Shown: piece by piece, positions 24,565-33,891 of the stretch
How the letters are laid out: each line of letters starts with the position of its first letter
Numbering within the stretch: the first letter of the stretch is position 1
Assembly: GCF_001194135.2 (NCBI RefSeq)
Contig: NC_068998.1
Coordinates: 10,007,843 to 10,043,002, forward strand
Reading direction: 5' to 3'
Length of the DNA stretch: 35,160 nucleotides
Source: Octopus bimaculoides
Lineage: Eukaryota
Program-made: the position numbers and the translations under genes
The notes under the pieces: generated by a model
What the model was told of the DNA's origin: nothing
Database searches by the model: none
Seen by the model: the letters and a program-made list of their open reading frames with translations, nothing else

Positions 24565-26763
24565 CCTTGTACTTACATTGTTATGTTGCTATCAGTGTAG
24601 ACAAATGGCGGTATTTCTTTCTCAACAAAGGATCCGAATCCAAGCAGGAATTTTTTGGTAATCTTCTTCATTTCTTTAGCTGTAGAGAAGTAGATGGAAC
24701 ATACTTACATATACATAGCATGTCTGAGTACATCTGTGTCAGTCAGATTGTCTATATTTGTACCAACCCAAGACTATGTTTGACCTGAGACCATGGTCAA
24801 CTGAAGACTGATTGGACCTCCTGATGTTATGGTTGACTCATGGCTATGATAGACCTGGGGCTATATAGTAGAAGACACTTAATCAAGGTGACACACAGTG
24901 GAATTGAACCCAAAACTATTGGATCTAATCCCACAGTGGTGTGCAAATATGGCCATACTTCAGAAGTAAACTTCTTAAACATGGCCCATACCTTTGTTCA
25001 CACCCACCATTGCTACCACCACCACCACCACCACCACAACTAATACTACTGGTCTGTATTTCAAGTTAGTTATTATTTATCTGTCTATAGAGTGATGGAG
25101 TGGCATAATTGTCAGAGAACTGAATAAAATACCTTGTAGTATTTCTAATTGTTTAGGATCTGGTTTCAAACCAAACTGAGGCCAACTTTGCCTATCATTC
25201 TACCAAGGTCGATAAAATAAAATATCCACTAACCTCACTCCTTTTCAAAATTGCTGTCCTTGTGTCTAAATTAGAAATAATTGTTTATCTGTCACCCAAA
25301 TATCTTACAATCATAGCAACATCACCATCCTCATTCCTGTCATTTAATATCTGTCTTCCATGCTGACAAGAGTTGAACAGTTCAACAGGAACTTGTGATC
25401 CAGAGGACTGTCACAAGCTCTACTAGTCTCTACAGCTGGATGCCCTTCCTAACATCACATAAAATGTAAAGCAATAAAAATAACATAGACAGCAAAAAAT
25501 AAAGCAATCATTGTGCCTATTCTCACCAATGATCATGAATTTTTGGGAAATGAGCAAAAGAATACGATTGCAAATACATTTGGCCAAAATAAGGTTTCTT
25601 TGAAAGATCTCTGGAGTAACGTAACTTAACAGGGTGTGTAGCTCAGACATTAGGGGGGGGGGGGCTTCGGCTTAATCTGCAGATTTTCCACACTGGGAGG
25701 TCATAGCCCTGGTACTACAGATATGTAATTAGAATGCTGAAGGAAAGAATTTCAAGATGGATTCTTCTTCAAGCCAAACCAAACAACAGGAAACCCATGG
25801 GTAGACCAAAAATGGGAAGGTTGGGTAATGACCATTTTCTCAGTTTGTCGTACTTAGGAATCCAGCAAGAAAGTCAAATGAAATTAGCTTCTGATAGGAC
25901 CCTATGGAGGACATGCCTGAGGATTCTACCCCCATGACCCTCCCAGGAATTGTGAGTGGAAAATATGGATGAATTGATGGATGGGTCTTACCAAGTGTTT
26001 GTCCAAGTTTTGACAATGTTTCTTTACTACGTTTCATTGAAGCAGAGAGATCCATAAGGACATACAGGTCAACAGCACTGTCTTTAGCCTCCCGATAGGC
26101 CAGCTGTATTCTGTGAGGCTTTCCTGAAAGTAGACAAAAACCCAGGCAAGAATTTAAATACTTACAGTAAAAAAAGCAGCAAGAGTTTATAAGTTCACCA
26201 TTATCACCGTTTAATGTTCATTTTCTATGTTGGCACTAGTTGGATGGTTTGGCAGGATCTGATGAGCCACAAAGCTGCATCGTGCTCCAATGTCAGCTTT
26301 AGCATGGTTTCTACAACTGGATATCATCCTTAATGCCAACCACAGGTACAAGAACATACGCACATACATACATATGCACTCACACACACACATAATTAAA
26401 CTATAGCTGTGGGCAAAACAAATCTTCTGAGTGAATTTCGAAAATGGGAACAAAAAGAAGCCCACAATATACAAATATATCAAAAACATAATGATATTTG
26501 TTAGGCAGCTGATGATGAGAATATATGTTTGATATTTCTGTGAATCATTTATATCTCATGGTCTCATTGTTCTAAGTTATCCTTCATTCAAACAGGGTTG
26601 AACTTGTTACTAGATTCTTAGCATTATGGTGTTTTGGTTTATGGTAATTTCATTGTTTATACTATACATAAATCAATACAAGTGTGATTGTCCTTTATTG
26701 TGTTTCTTTATCATGGCCAGAGTAATAAATTATAGAAAAGTTCCTAGATTAAGGAGATTTTGT

Positions 26764-26801
<38 letters not shown>

Positions 26802-28193
26802 CAAATACTTACTGGGTCTTAACTTTAATTTGATCACCTGGGGTTGGATATAAATACCGGTTGTGTTTCCTATTTCATCTCGTAGATCATCATTCTGAAA
26901 TAGTTGTTCACAATGTTTATTAATTAGAAATTAATAATTAGTGTTCAGTAATTAAAAAGTAGGTGATTTATCAATTAAAGATAAAAATATATTTCTCTTT
27001 ACAACATAAATCATCACCATCATTTTCACCATCATTTACTCTTTTNNNNNNNNNNNNNNNNNNNNNNNNNNNNNNNNNNNNNNNNNNNNNNNNNNNNNNN
27101 NNNNNNNNNNNNNNNNNNNNNNNNNNNNNNNNNNNNNNNNNNNNNNNNNNNNNNNNNNNNNNNNNNNNNNNNNNNNNNNNNNNNNNNNNNNNNNNNNNNN
27201 NNNNNNNNNGGCCATGCTGGAGCACCGCCTTTAGTCGAGCAAATCGATCCCAGGACTTATTCTTTGTAAGCCTAGTACTTATTCTATCGGTCTCTTTTGC
27301 CGAACTGCTAAGTTATGGGGACGTAAACACATCAGCATCGGTTGTCAAGCGATGTTGGGGGACAAACACAGACACACAAACATATACATACACACACATA
27401 TACATACATACATACGACGGGCTTCTTTCAGTTTCCGTCTACCAAATCCACTCACAAGGCTTTGGTCGGCCTGAGGCTACAGTAGAAGACACTTGCCCAA
27501 GGTGCCACATAGTGGGAATGAACCCAGAACCATGTGGTTGGTAAGCAAGCTACTTACCACACAGCCACTTCTTTCATCATCATTTTAACATTTATTTTCC
27601 CAAGCTCACATAAGTCAGATGGAATATGTTGAGGCAGCTTCGCTAAAGCCAGATACCTTTCCTGCTGCCAACCCCAACCTGTTTCTAAACAAGGTAATAC
27701 TTCCTCATGTTTTTCATGAAAGACTGGAAACAAACAACATTGCTTGTATGATGATGATGATGATAATTGCTCATTTACAACCATCACATGATGTCTAGAC
27801 ATGGGTACATACAAACAAACACACACACACACCCACACATATCTTTTATCCTTTGCATGTTTCAGTCATTTGATTGTGGCCATGTTGGGGCATTGACTTG
27901 AAGAATTTTCATTTGAATGAATGGACCCCAGTACTTATTTTCTTAAGCCTGCTATTAATTCTATCCGTCTATTTTGCTGAACCACTAAGTTATGGCAACG
28001 TAAACACACCAACACCAGTTATCAAACAGTGGCGGGGGACAAACACAAAGACATATGGACAGACAAGCACACACACGTATGCACGCACACACACATGTAC
28101 GCACGCACACGTACGTATGTATGTATGCATACATGTATGCATATAAATATCCACACATACATATATGAATGAAAATGTGTATCTCTCTCTCTT

Positions 28194-28243
<50 letters not shown>

Positions 28244-28922
28244 CATATATATATATATATATATATAGATATGCAGGGCNNNNNNNNNNNNNNNNNNNNN
28301 NNNNNNNNNNNNNNNNNNNNNNNNNNNNNNNNNNNNNNNNNNNNNNNNNNNNNNNNNNNNNNNNNNNNNNNNNNNNNNNNNNNNNNNNNNNNNNNNNNNN
28401 NNNNNNNNNNNNNNNNGTTTTGAAATCAGTAGTTCTTTGACTGCTATTTCTGAATTCTCAGTATGTTGGAGAAGCAGGTTACTGTCAATCCCTATACATT
28501 TATGATTATATATATATATATATATATATATGTATTTATACACACACACATATGTATGTATGTATACATGATTGTGTATACATCAAAGTGTTTATGTATG
28601 TTTTACGATAATGCCTGTACCTCTTCTTCATGATTTCTGCTTTGTATTCATTAATCAGGCATTTAGGTGTGAGTATTAATGGCATGCAACTTTGTATCAC
28701 ACCTCAGAACATTCTAGGTTATTGGGACATACCACATCACGAAGTACTTTTTTTTTTGAGGGTTTTATTACACCAATTTTCTGCCCATCCCTGTTTCCAA
28801 ATTGATGTTTATATTATCTGCCTATTAGGGAGAATAATTTCATAAACTATTATCTGTTGGGGTTCAAATTCCTTACATTTCATAGACAACATAACTCATT
28901 ATAAACACTTTATTATATACAC

Positions 28923-28968
<46 letters not shown>

Positions 28969-30055
28969 TATTATTAATATTATTATTATTATTATCATTA
29001 TTGTTATTGTTATTATTATCATTATTATTATAATTTATTATTAAATAGGGGGGCTCTGAAAGGGGTCTCAGGGAGTAGCATCCCTGCATTCCTGAGCTAG
29101 TTTTCCACCACGCTTCTTAAAAATCATGGTAGAGGCCTTGGTCTCAGGACCACTCATGTCTAGTTAGGGGGTAAGCAAAGGCATGTGCCCCATAGAAAAT
29201 CCAGCCCCTAAAAAGCCTCATGATAGCAAAGGAGAATGGACACCAGCCAGCCCAAATGTTGGGGTGGGCTGCACCTGCCTACCTCGGTTGCTATGGCATT
29301 GACGGAGATCCAGCCAGCCCCGTTAATGGGGACAAAACCCGAATTTAAAACACTTAATGATGATGATGATTTTAAGGTGAACTGGCAGAATCGTTAGCAC
29401 ACTTGATGAAATGCTTAGTGGTAGTTCACCCATTGCTATGTTCTGAGTTCAAATTCTGCCAAGGTCGACTTTGCCTTTCATCCTTTCGGGGTCAATAAAA
29501 TAAGTACCAGTTGAACACTAGGGGCCGATATAATCAACTCATCCCCACCACCCTCAAGCTGCCCTTGTGGCAAAAATTTGAAATAATAATAATTATTATT
29601 ATTATTATCATCATCATTATAATTAAGGCGGCGAGCTGGCAGAATCGTTAGCACGCTGGACGAAATGCTTAGTAGTATTTTGCCCGTCACTACATCCTGA
29701 GTTCAAATTCTGCCGAGGTTGACTTTGCTTGTCATCCTTTCAAGGTCAATAAATTAAATACTAGTGAAATACCGGTGTCAATGTAATCAACTAGTCCCCT
29801 CCCCTCCAAAATTTGAAGCTTTGTGCCTATAGTAGAAAGGATTATTATTATTTTATTATTATTAATATTAATACTATTACTACTATTAGGTGTGTGTGTA
29901 TGTGTGTGTGTATGTGTGTGTGTGTCTCTCTCACTCTCTCTCTCTCTCTCTCTAGACTTCATAGTAAAATGTTCAAAGCTTTAATAGTGCTAATATAACA
30001 GAATTCAACATCTTAGAAATCTCACAAGAAAGACAAATGCATGAGAAAATTAATT

Positions 30056-30090
<35 letters not shown>

Positions 30091-31220
30091 TGTGTTTGTG
30101 TGTATGTGTGCATGCGCCCACACCCACATGCATGTGTTAGAGGGAAGGGGAAGGGGAGGGAGAGGAAGTGAGAGAGAAAGAGAGAAATAAGGGTGCTAAA
30201 ACTTGAAATGCAGGTTTGCTCTCAGTCACACACACACACACACACACAAAATCAAAGAAAAAAAACGAAACTTACACCCAGTCACCTTTATTATGACATA
30301 TTCAACAATTTTCTCACATTTTTTCACACACACACACACCCAAAAACATAAATACATCACCTTCGTTCATTACTAATAAACTTCAATTTGTCAACTTTTG
30401 GAACATATATATGCACTTAAAAATCACATTTAGGTTTGCCTTCAAACAAATGCATATATGCATATATAAGGTTGTGTATGAAGAGAGCAACGATGCATAA
30501 TGCAGGTTAGGCTGCAGTCACACATTAACACAGATATTACTTTGAGACCAACAGACAACAGACCAGCCGACCAACTGACCAGTGCCCAACCTGCAGCAGA
30601 GCCTTCGAAGCACACATTGCACTGATTCACCACAGCTCTGGACGCACCATCTCCTGTCTTCTTTCATGTGATGTCCTTGGTCATTACTGACAATGATGGA
30701 CGAACTAATGATAATAAAAATGATAATAAATCGAATTAAATTCGACGACTGGCACCCATGCCAATGTCGTCTCCTTCACTGGAAACGAAACTCGGCTTGC
30801 GAAGAAGACCTATTGNNNNNNNNNNNNNNNNNNNNNNNNNNNNNNNNNNNNNNNNNNNNNNNNNNNNNNNNNNNNNNNNNNNNNNNNNNNNNNNNNNNNN
30901 NNNNNNNNNNNNNNNNNNNNNNNNNNNNNNNNNNNNNNNNNNNNNNNNNNNNNNNNNNNNNNNNNNNNNNNNNNNNNNNNNNNNNNNNNNNNNGGTGGTG
31001 GGGTTGCCATCCTTGTCCTCTTTTCAAGTGATCAAATGACAAGTGTAAACCATCTGTAATAAAGCCCCAAATTACTATCAATCACCAAAAAAGAGCAATA
31101 AAGTTATACCTTGCTATATTTAAACTTATTCTTTGGATTAATGATGCTTTTGCAATTCCTCTTTAATAGGCTGTCTGCTATGTCACACCTGGTGTACTTG
31201 GTTCGGCCACTCTGGAATAC
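734..31220 (-). CDS. ITGB: Integrin beta subunit gene (multi-exon, 5'- and 3'-incomplete in window): PSI, hybrid, betaI/vWA, I-EGF1-4, beta-tail, TM and start of cytoplasmic tail
   Basis: Manual splicing of minus-strand GT-AG exons gives integrin-beta hallmarks in the correct order: RCD..LL...[74 protein letters not shown], CSxxGxCxCGxCxC repeats, a TM helix and DRREY..F....AKW. Exon phases chain consistently. Orthology to a specific paralog cannot be assigned by eye. Confidence 0.97.
1000..1514 (+). mobile_element. Tc1-like transposon 5' fragment; transposase N-terminal paired-like HTH (ORF 1152-1514)
   Basis: MPRTK...[14 protein letters not shown]....IA..L.IP..SV.RI...FK..G is a typical Tc1 HTH; the frame degenerates at about 1490. 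The left boundary is approximate. Confidence 0.8.
1528..1612 (-). CDS. ITGB: Integrin beta exon: beta-tail C-part, (E)[20 protein letters not shown]..gap..KKGK; interrupted by a 10-N gap of unknown true length
   Basis: Acceptor atatttttccag, donor AAAT|gtaagt (phase 1, giving S-C-P with the next exon); C...D.D.C.F.+ motif. Confidence 0.88.
2240..3240 (+). mobile_element. CR1-clade LINE 3' relic (RT C-terminus) split by a SINE insertion at about 2566-2959 and a gap
   Basis: [37 protein letters not shown]...DLVDTHKII, and after the insertion [16 protein letters not shown]. Confidence 0.8.
3380..3509 (-). CDS. ITGB: Integrin beta exon: beta-tail N-part, [43 protein letters not shown]
   Basis: 130 bp, phase 0-1; acceptor ctacattacag, donor TCTG|gtaaga; TCP..C.....CVQC..F.SG pattern. 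Confidence 0.95.
3724..4225 (+). mobile_element. Non-LTR retrotransposon 3' relic with a restriction-like endonuclease domain (R2/R4/NeSL-type) plus 3' UTR
   Basis: [63 protein letters not shown] fits the R(P)D...E RLE fold; stops are present. Confidence 0.7.
4777..4869 (-). CDS. ITGB: Integrin beta exon: I-EGF4, [31 protein letters not shown]
   Basis: 93 bp, phase 0-0; acceptor ttattttccag, donor CCT|gttagt; CNG.G.C.CG.C.C......G..CE.CP pattern. Confidence 0.95.
5200..5245 (-). ncRNA. Minimal type I hammerhead ribozyme motif (intact core) in a 5'-truncated copy of the same tail (copy about 5151-5276)
   Basis: RNA: GACAC CUGAUGA A GGCUG-GAGGGUAUAU-CAGCC GAAA CGUU^GUGUU. Stem I GACAC/GUGUU, stem II GGCUG/CAGCC, palindromic ACGU in place of stem III; predicted cut between 5205 and 5204. 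Confidence 0.75.
5893..5905 (-). CDS. ITGB: Visible 3' end of the I-EGF3 exon (...AENG); the rest lies in the N gap 5906-6237
   Basis: C GCT GAA AAC GGG|gtgagt emerges from the gap; phase 0 joins LTCNGKG to give the typical ..NG..CNG.G; the flanking exons require a phase 1-0 exon here. Confidence 0.75.
6238..6552 (-). mobile_element. tRNA-derived SINE family A; other copies at about 2566-2959 (-), 8012-8318 (-), 9608-9678 (-, head only) and 14858-15177 (+), with related copies at 24195-24490 (+) and 34750-34985 (+)
   Basis: Head GGAGGCGCATTGGCCCAGTGGTTAGG...GGTTTCGATTCCCAGACC with A and B boxes; the shared body ...GAGTGCTCAGCCACTTGCACGTTAATTTCACG recurs in the listed copies. Confidence 0.85.
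6618..6935. repeat. Degenerate ~39-bp minisatellite, about 8-9 units
   Basis: Core CTCACAACAGCCTACAATATAACAT recurs at about 6618, 6661, 6700, 6738, 6777, 6807, 6847, 6886 and 6925. Confidence 0.8.
7729..7886 (-). CDS. ITGB: Integrin beta exon: I-EGF2 into I-EGF3, [52 protein letters not shown](G)
   Basis: 158 bp, phase 2-1; acceptor atgtatttcag, donor GGAG|gtaagc; CS.RG.C.CG.C.C ... C.CDD.SC....G.LCG pattern. Confidence 0.96.
8514..8647 (-). CDS. ITGB: Integrin beta exon: I-EGF1, [44 protein letters not shown](N)
   Basis: 134 bp, phase 0-2; acceptor gttatgcag, donor GGAA|gttagt; CSG.G...CG.C.C...Y.G..CEC pattern. Confidence 0.95.
9778..9933 (-). CDS. ITGB: Integrin beta exon: hybrid C-terminus, [52 protein letters not shown]
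   Basis: 156 bp, phase 0-0; acceptor caattttcag, donor AAG|gtatgt; V.F.+.+....CP, I.PVG and C.C.C motifs. Confidence 0.95.
10394..10570 (+). mobile_element. pogo-family transposase N-terminal HTH relic with a 1-nt frameshift
   Basis: [50 protein letters not shown] resembles the Brinker/pogo-type DNA-binding HTH (K..VVEYA...G.RAA.R.F.V.E..VR.W.K). Confidence 0.7.
11070..11138. repeat. Perfect 31-bp inverted repeat with a 7-nt loop (extends to about 41 bp with one mismatch)
   Basis: TATATAAAAACAAAAAGATAAAGAGAGCAAA-GGTAAGG-TTTGCTCTCTTTATCTTTTTGTTTTTATATA. Confidence 0.92.
11989..12065 (-). CDS. ITGB: Integrin beta exon: hybrid domain, [25 protein letters not shown](G)
   Basis: 77 bp, phase 0-2; acceptor ttttttttctgcag, donor CGG|gtaaga; I...V.L......+.+.F.S.C pattern. 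Confidence 0.88.
12368..12413 (-). ncRNA. Hammerhead motif copy 2 (ACGU changed to ACUU)
   Basis: GACAC CUGACGA A GGCUG...CAGCC GAAA CUUU GUGUU. Confidence 0.65.
12569..12610 (+). ncRNA. Hammerhead motif copy 3 (inverted copy; core intact, 5' strand of stem I truncated)
   Basis: C CUGACGA A GGCUG-GAGGGUAUAU-CAGCC GAAA CGUU GUGUU; preceded by GCCUC instead of GACAC. Confidence 0.65.
15235..15420 (-). CDS. ITGB: Integrin beta exon: betaI C-terminal part, [62 protein letters not shown]
   Basis: 186 bp, phase 0-0; acceptor atctttgcag, donor CAG|gtaaat; DYPS, IFAV and DS.NI..+I...Y motifs. Confidence 0.96.
17687..17749. repeat. Perfect 26-bp inverted repeat with an 11-nt loop
   Basis: TGAGCCTGAAAGATTGCTTGAGATAC / GTATCTCAAGCAATCTTTCAGGCTCA. 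Confidence 0.92.
18216..18293 (-). CDS. ITGB: Integrin beta exon: [26 protein letters not shown]
   Basis: 78 bp, phase 0-0; acceptor tattcag, donor CAG|gtatc; G+V.PND..CHL motif. Confidence 0.95.
18580..19575. repeat. Compound microsatellite tract ((GGT)n, (GT)n, (GAA)n, (CAA)n, (CA)n); one of many (TA)n, (CA)n, (AAT)n and (TACA)n tracts in the window
   Basis: Directly visible; these tracts explain the many [12 protein letters not shown] ORFs in the ORF track. Confidence 0.95.
19925..20005 (-). CDS. ITGB: Integrin beta exon: [27 protein letters not shown]
   Basis: 81 bp, phase 0-0; acceptor cctctttttag, donor AAG|gtacag; IGWR...R.L+.F....FH.AG.GK pattern. Not in the supplied ORF track. Confidence 0.94.
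20640..21350 (+). mobile_element. Decayed maT/DD37D-like Tc1/mariner transposase relic
   Basis: Frame-broken translation [11 protein letters not shown] / [21 protein letters not shown] / [25 protein letters not shown] / PNSS..NP / CNTKAKL...[30 protein letters not shown]; several stops and frameshifts. Confidence 0.75.
21923..22009 (-). CDS. ITGB: Integrin beta exon: [29 protein letters not shown]
   Basis: 87 bp, phase 0-0; acceptor tttgaaatccag, donor AAA|gtaagt; matches SGNLD.PEGGFDA.MQ..VC. Confidence 0.96.
22185..22311. mobile_element. 127-bp Tc1/mariner-type MITE
   Basis: 28-bp TIRs CAGGGTGTCCACAAAGTCTGG(C/G)TACATG with one mismatch, TA on both flanks (22183-84, 22312-13), AT-rich core. 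Confidence 0.88.
23030..23102 (-). CDS. ITGB: Integrin beta exon: specificity-determining loop region, [24 protein letters not shown]
   Basis: 73 bp, phase 2-0; acceptor tcttttactcag, donor TCT|gtaagc; C..C...F.YRHV+.L pattern, and the phases bridge both neighbouring exons. Confidence 0.92.
23807..24114 (+). mobile_element. Probable Penelope-like element terminal fragment inserted in (TA)n, with a degenerate hammerhead-like motif at 23987-24023
   Basis: Bounded by (TA)n on both sides. UCUUU CUGUUGA A GAGC-GUA-GCUC AAAA CGUC AAAGA; a related degenerate copy lies at about 16007-16045. Confidence 0.5.
24577..24679 (-). CDS. ITGB: Integrin beta exon: (A)[33 protein letters not shown](M)
   Basis: 103 bp, phase 1-2; acceptor cttctctacag, donor CAAT|gtaagt; LGFGSFVEK motif. 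Confidence 0.96.
25730..25960 (+). mobile_element. RTE-clade LINE 3' end relic
   Basis: [21 protein letters not shown]...LGI......[12 protein letters not shown] matches the RTE C-terminal G.RP.GRP.....A.DR..WR pattern. Confidence 0.65.
25992..26123 (-). CDS. ITGB: Integrin beta exon carrying the MIDAS: (R)[43 protein letters not shown]
   Basis: 132 bp, phase 1-1; acceptor tctactttcag, donor CTTG|gtaaga; VDLY.LMDLS.SM motif. Confidence 0.96.
26813..26894 (-). CDS. ITGB: Integrin beta exon: hybrid domain start, [27 protein letters not shown]
   Basis: 82 bp, phase 0-1; acceptor ctatttcag, donor CCCA|gtaagt; Q.PQ...L.LRP motif. Confidence 0.93.
27030..27570 (+). mobile_element. SINE family C; other copies at about 27845-28065 (+), 33200-33420 (+), 5277-5830 (-) and 16440-16660 (-)
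   Basis: Recurrent GGCCATGCTGGAGCACCGCCTTTAGTCGAGCAAATCGA..CCAGGACTTATTCTTT...GGTTGTCAAGCGATGTTGGGGG..ACAAACACAGAC followed by a CA/TA microsatellite and GGCTTCTTTCAGTTTCCGTCTACCAAATCC. Confidence 0.85.
29624..29845 (+). mobile_element. SINE family B (Nin/Deu-domain-like core); other copies at about 29382-29585 (+), 11476-11710 (-), 9140-9380 (+), 12140-12280 (-) and 13295-13510 (-)
   Basis: AAGGCGGCGAGCTGGCAGAATCGTTAGCAC...GAGTTCAAATTC...GGTCGACTTTGCCTTTCATCCTTTCGGGGTCAATAAA.TAAGTACCAG, usually flanked by (AAT)n. The family name is from recollection. Confidence 0.8.
31110..31220 (-). CDS. ITGB: Integrin beta exon: PSI domain C-terminal half, [37 protein letters not shown]
   Basis: 111 bp, phase 0-0; acceptor ttttctatcatgcag, donor AAG|gtataac; RCD...L...C..I.NP PSI motif. 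Confidence 0.9.
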
Positions 31221-31330
31221 CTGCATGATAGAAAACGATCTCGATAAATACATATGCAAACATACATAAACAAAAATATATATATTTACACCCACATATA
31301 TAGGTATATACATATATGTGTGTGCAGGTA

Positions 31331-31376
<46 letters not shown>

Positions 31377-31400
31377 NNNNNNNNNNACACACACACACAC

Positions 31401-31449
<49 letters not shown>

Positions 31450-31614
31450 CATACACGCACACATATATATATATACATATACACACACACACACACACAC
31501 ACAATAACGCTTCAATATATGAGTTAATTTGTTCCTGGAGAATGCTCGTAAAGTGAAAACTCATAAACAGACAATAAAACTCGTAAAACCTCGTAATACT
31601 TCTTTATTTAAATT

Positions 31615-31954
31615 TAAATGCAATCTTTCAGGATGATAATGCACCAATTCACACAGCTAATGTTGTTACTGAATGTCACGAGGAACATTCTAGTGAAGTT
31701 GAACACCTTATCTGGCAACCACAGTCCCCAGATCTCAATATTATTGAACATTTACGGTGCATTTTAGAAAAACAAGTAAGGAGTCAATATCCTCCACCAT
31801 CATCACTACAAGAACTGGAGACTGTTTTAGCTGAAGAATGGACAAAAATTCCTTTGGAAAGAATTCAAACTTTATATGAATCCATACTTCATAGAATTCA
31901 AGCTGTAATTACTGCCAAAAGCAGTCCTACCCTATATTAAAATAAATTTGTTTG
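31615..31954 (+). mobile_element. Tc1-like transposase C-terminal fragment (open frame to TAA at 31938-31940)
   Basis: IFQDDNAPIHTA...LIWQPQSPDLNIIEHL..ILEKQVR......LQELETVLAEEWTKIP...IQTLYESI..RIQAVI.AK...TLY*. Confidence 0.9.
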
Positions 31955-33413
31955 NNNNNNNNNNNNNNNNNNNNNNNNNNNNNNNNNNNNNNNNNNNNNN
32001 NNNNNNNNNNNNNNNNNNNNNNNNNNNNNNNNNNNNNNNNNNNNNNNNNNNNNNNNNNNNNNNNNNNNNNNNNNNNNNNNNNNNNNNNNNNNNNNNNNNN
32101 NNNNNNNNNNNNNNNNNNNNNNNNNNNNNNNNNNNNNNNNNNNNNNNNNNNNNNNNNNNNNNNNNNNNNNNNNNNNNNNNNNNNNNNNNNNNNNNNNNNN
32201 NNNNNNNNNNNNNNNNNNNNNNNNNNNNNNNNNNNNNNNNNNNNNNNNNNNNNNNNNNNNNNNNNNNNNNNNNNNNNNNNNNNNNNNNNNNNNNNNNNNN
32301 NNNNNNNNNNNNNNNNNNNNNNNTATATATATATATATATATATGGACACAGATGTGTGTCGATAAGCCAGCTGGAGGAGATGTTCTCCTGGGGCTAAAA
32401 GCAACAGTAACATCCACCCTTAGGGGTCAGCCACATTTAAATGGCAAATGTACTTCACTTTATCGTGCAGTTACTGTTAATACCTCGTTCAGAGATTTAA
32501 CATATATACATATATATATATCCACATATGCACATATACATACTATTACCCATCAATCAATCCACCCAGCTACCCATTCATAACAATACTTGTGAGTATA
32601 TGTGTAAGTGTGACTCTCTGTGTGTACTAGTGTATACGTGTGCCTCTGTGTGTGTGTGTGTGTGTGTGCGTCTGTGTGTCTTTGTGTCTCTCTACCTACT
32701 GCAGTAGACACATCATTAATTGTTGTCAAGCACCATCCCCACCACTAACTACCCCTCCACATACACACACACACACACACCTCTCAGCTGACTCTGGGAC
32801 AACAACAAACAGTGAAAGTTTGGATAAAATACCAGAAACTGAAGACAGAGCCGGATAGACAGACAAAAAAAAGTGGGGGGGGGGAAACTGGCAGACATAC
32901 AGGCTGGCAGGCAGGCAGACAGACAGGCTGGCAGGCAGGCAGACAGAGAGTGATACATTGTTGACTTTCACCTTCCATAAAATCCAAACACAAAACAGCC
33001 ACTGTAGGAACATGACATTATCATATCTTTCCTTTTCCCCTTCTTTCTCTGCTTCTTTTTTTTTCCTTCTTGGCTTTCATCTCTTCACTCCTTCTTCCTT
33101 TCTTTCCCCTCCTCTTTCCTATCTTCCTTCCTTCCATCCATCCATCCCTCCATTGGAATCCTATATGCAGTGTTGCTATTCAATCAAATGTATGTATACT
33201 CTTTTACTCTTTTACTTGTTCCAGTCTTTTGACTGTGGCCATGCTGGAGCACCGCCTTTAGTCGAGCAAATCGACCCCAGGACTTATTCTTTGGAAGCCT
33301 AGTACTTATTCTTTCGGTCTCTTTTGCCGAACCGCTAAGTTACAGGGACATAAACACACCAGCATCGGTTGTCAAGCGATGTTGGGGGGACAAACACAGA
33401 CATACAAACACAT

Positions 33414-33444
<31 letters not shown>

Positions 33445-33843
33445 AAAACGCTTATGAAATTTATACATAAATATTTGCTGAAAATAACATGTATTTTTAC
33501 ATTTATTTATTTAACAGTATTTAACAAATAGGTTTATTGTCAATTAAAAGATTTCAATTAAAAAACATATATAAAATCAAATTGCCCATAAAAAGTATTT
33601 GCTGTCCACGGACCCCCTGTGGTCCGCGCNNNNNNNNNNNNNNNNNNNNNNNNNNNNNNNNNNNNNNNNNNNNNNNNNNNNNNNNNNNNNNNNNNNNNNN
33701 NNNNNNNNNNNNNNNNNNNNNNNNNNNNNNNNNNNNNNNNNNNNNNNNNNNNNNNNNNNNNNNNNNNNNNNNNNNNNNNNNNNNNNNNNNNNNNNNNNNN
33801 NNNNNNNNNNNNNNNNNNNNACATACATACATACATACATACA

Positions 33844-33891
<48 letters not shown>

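Noticed and set aside
28660-28720. RCDTKL motif resembling the PSI domain
   Set aside because: It is followed by a stop codon with no splice sites, and the real PSI exon is at 31220-31110.
32781-32838. 58-bp segment with a good acceptor and GAG|gtgtgt donor, a candidate 5' exon of the integrin gene
   Set aside because: It has no ATG, no PSI cysteines and no convincing signal peptide, and the donor is formed by a (GT)n tract. It could be a 5' UTR exon but this cannot be supported without transcripts.
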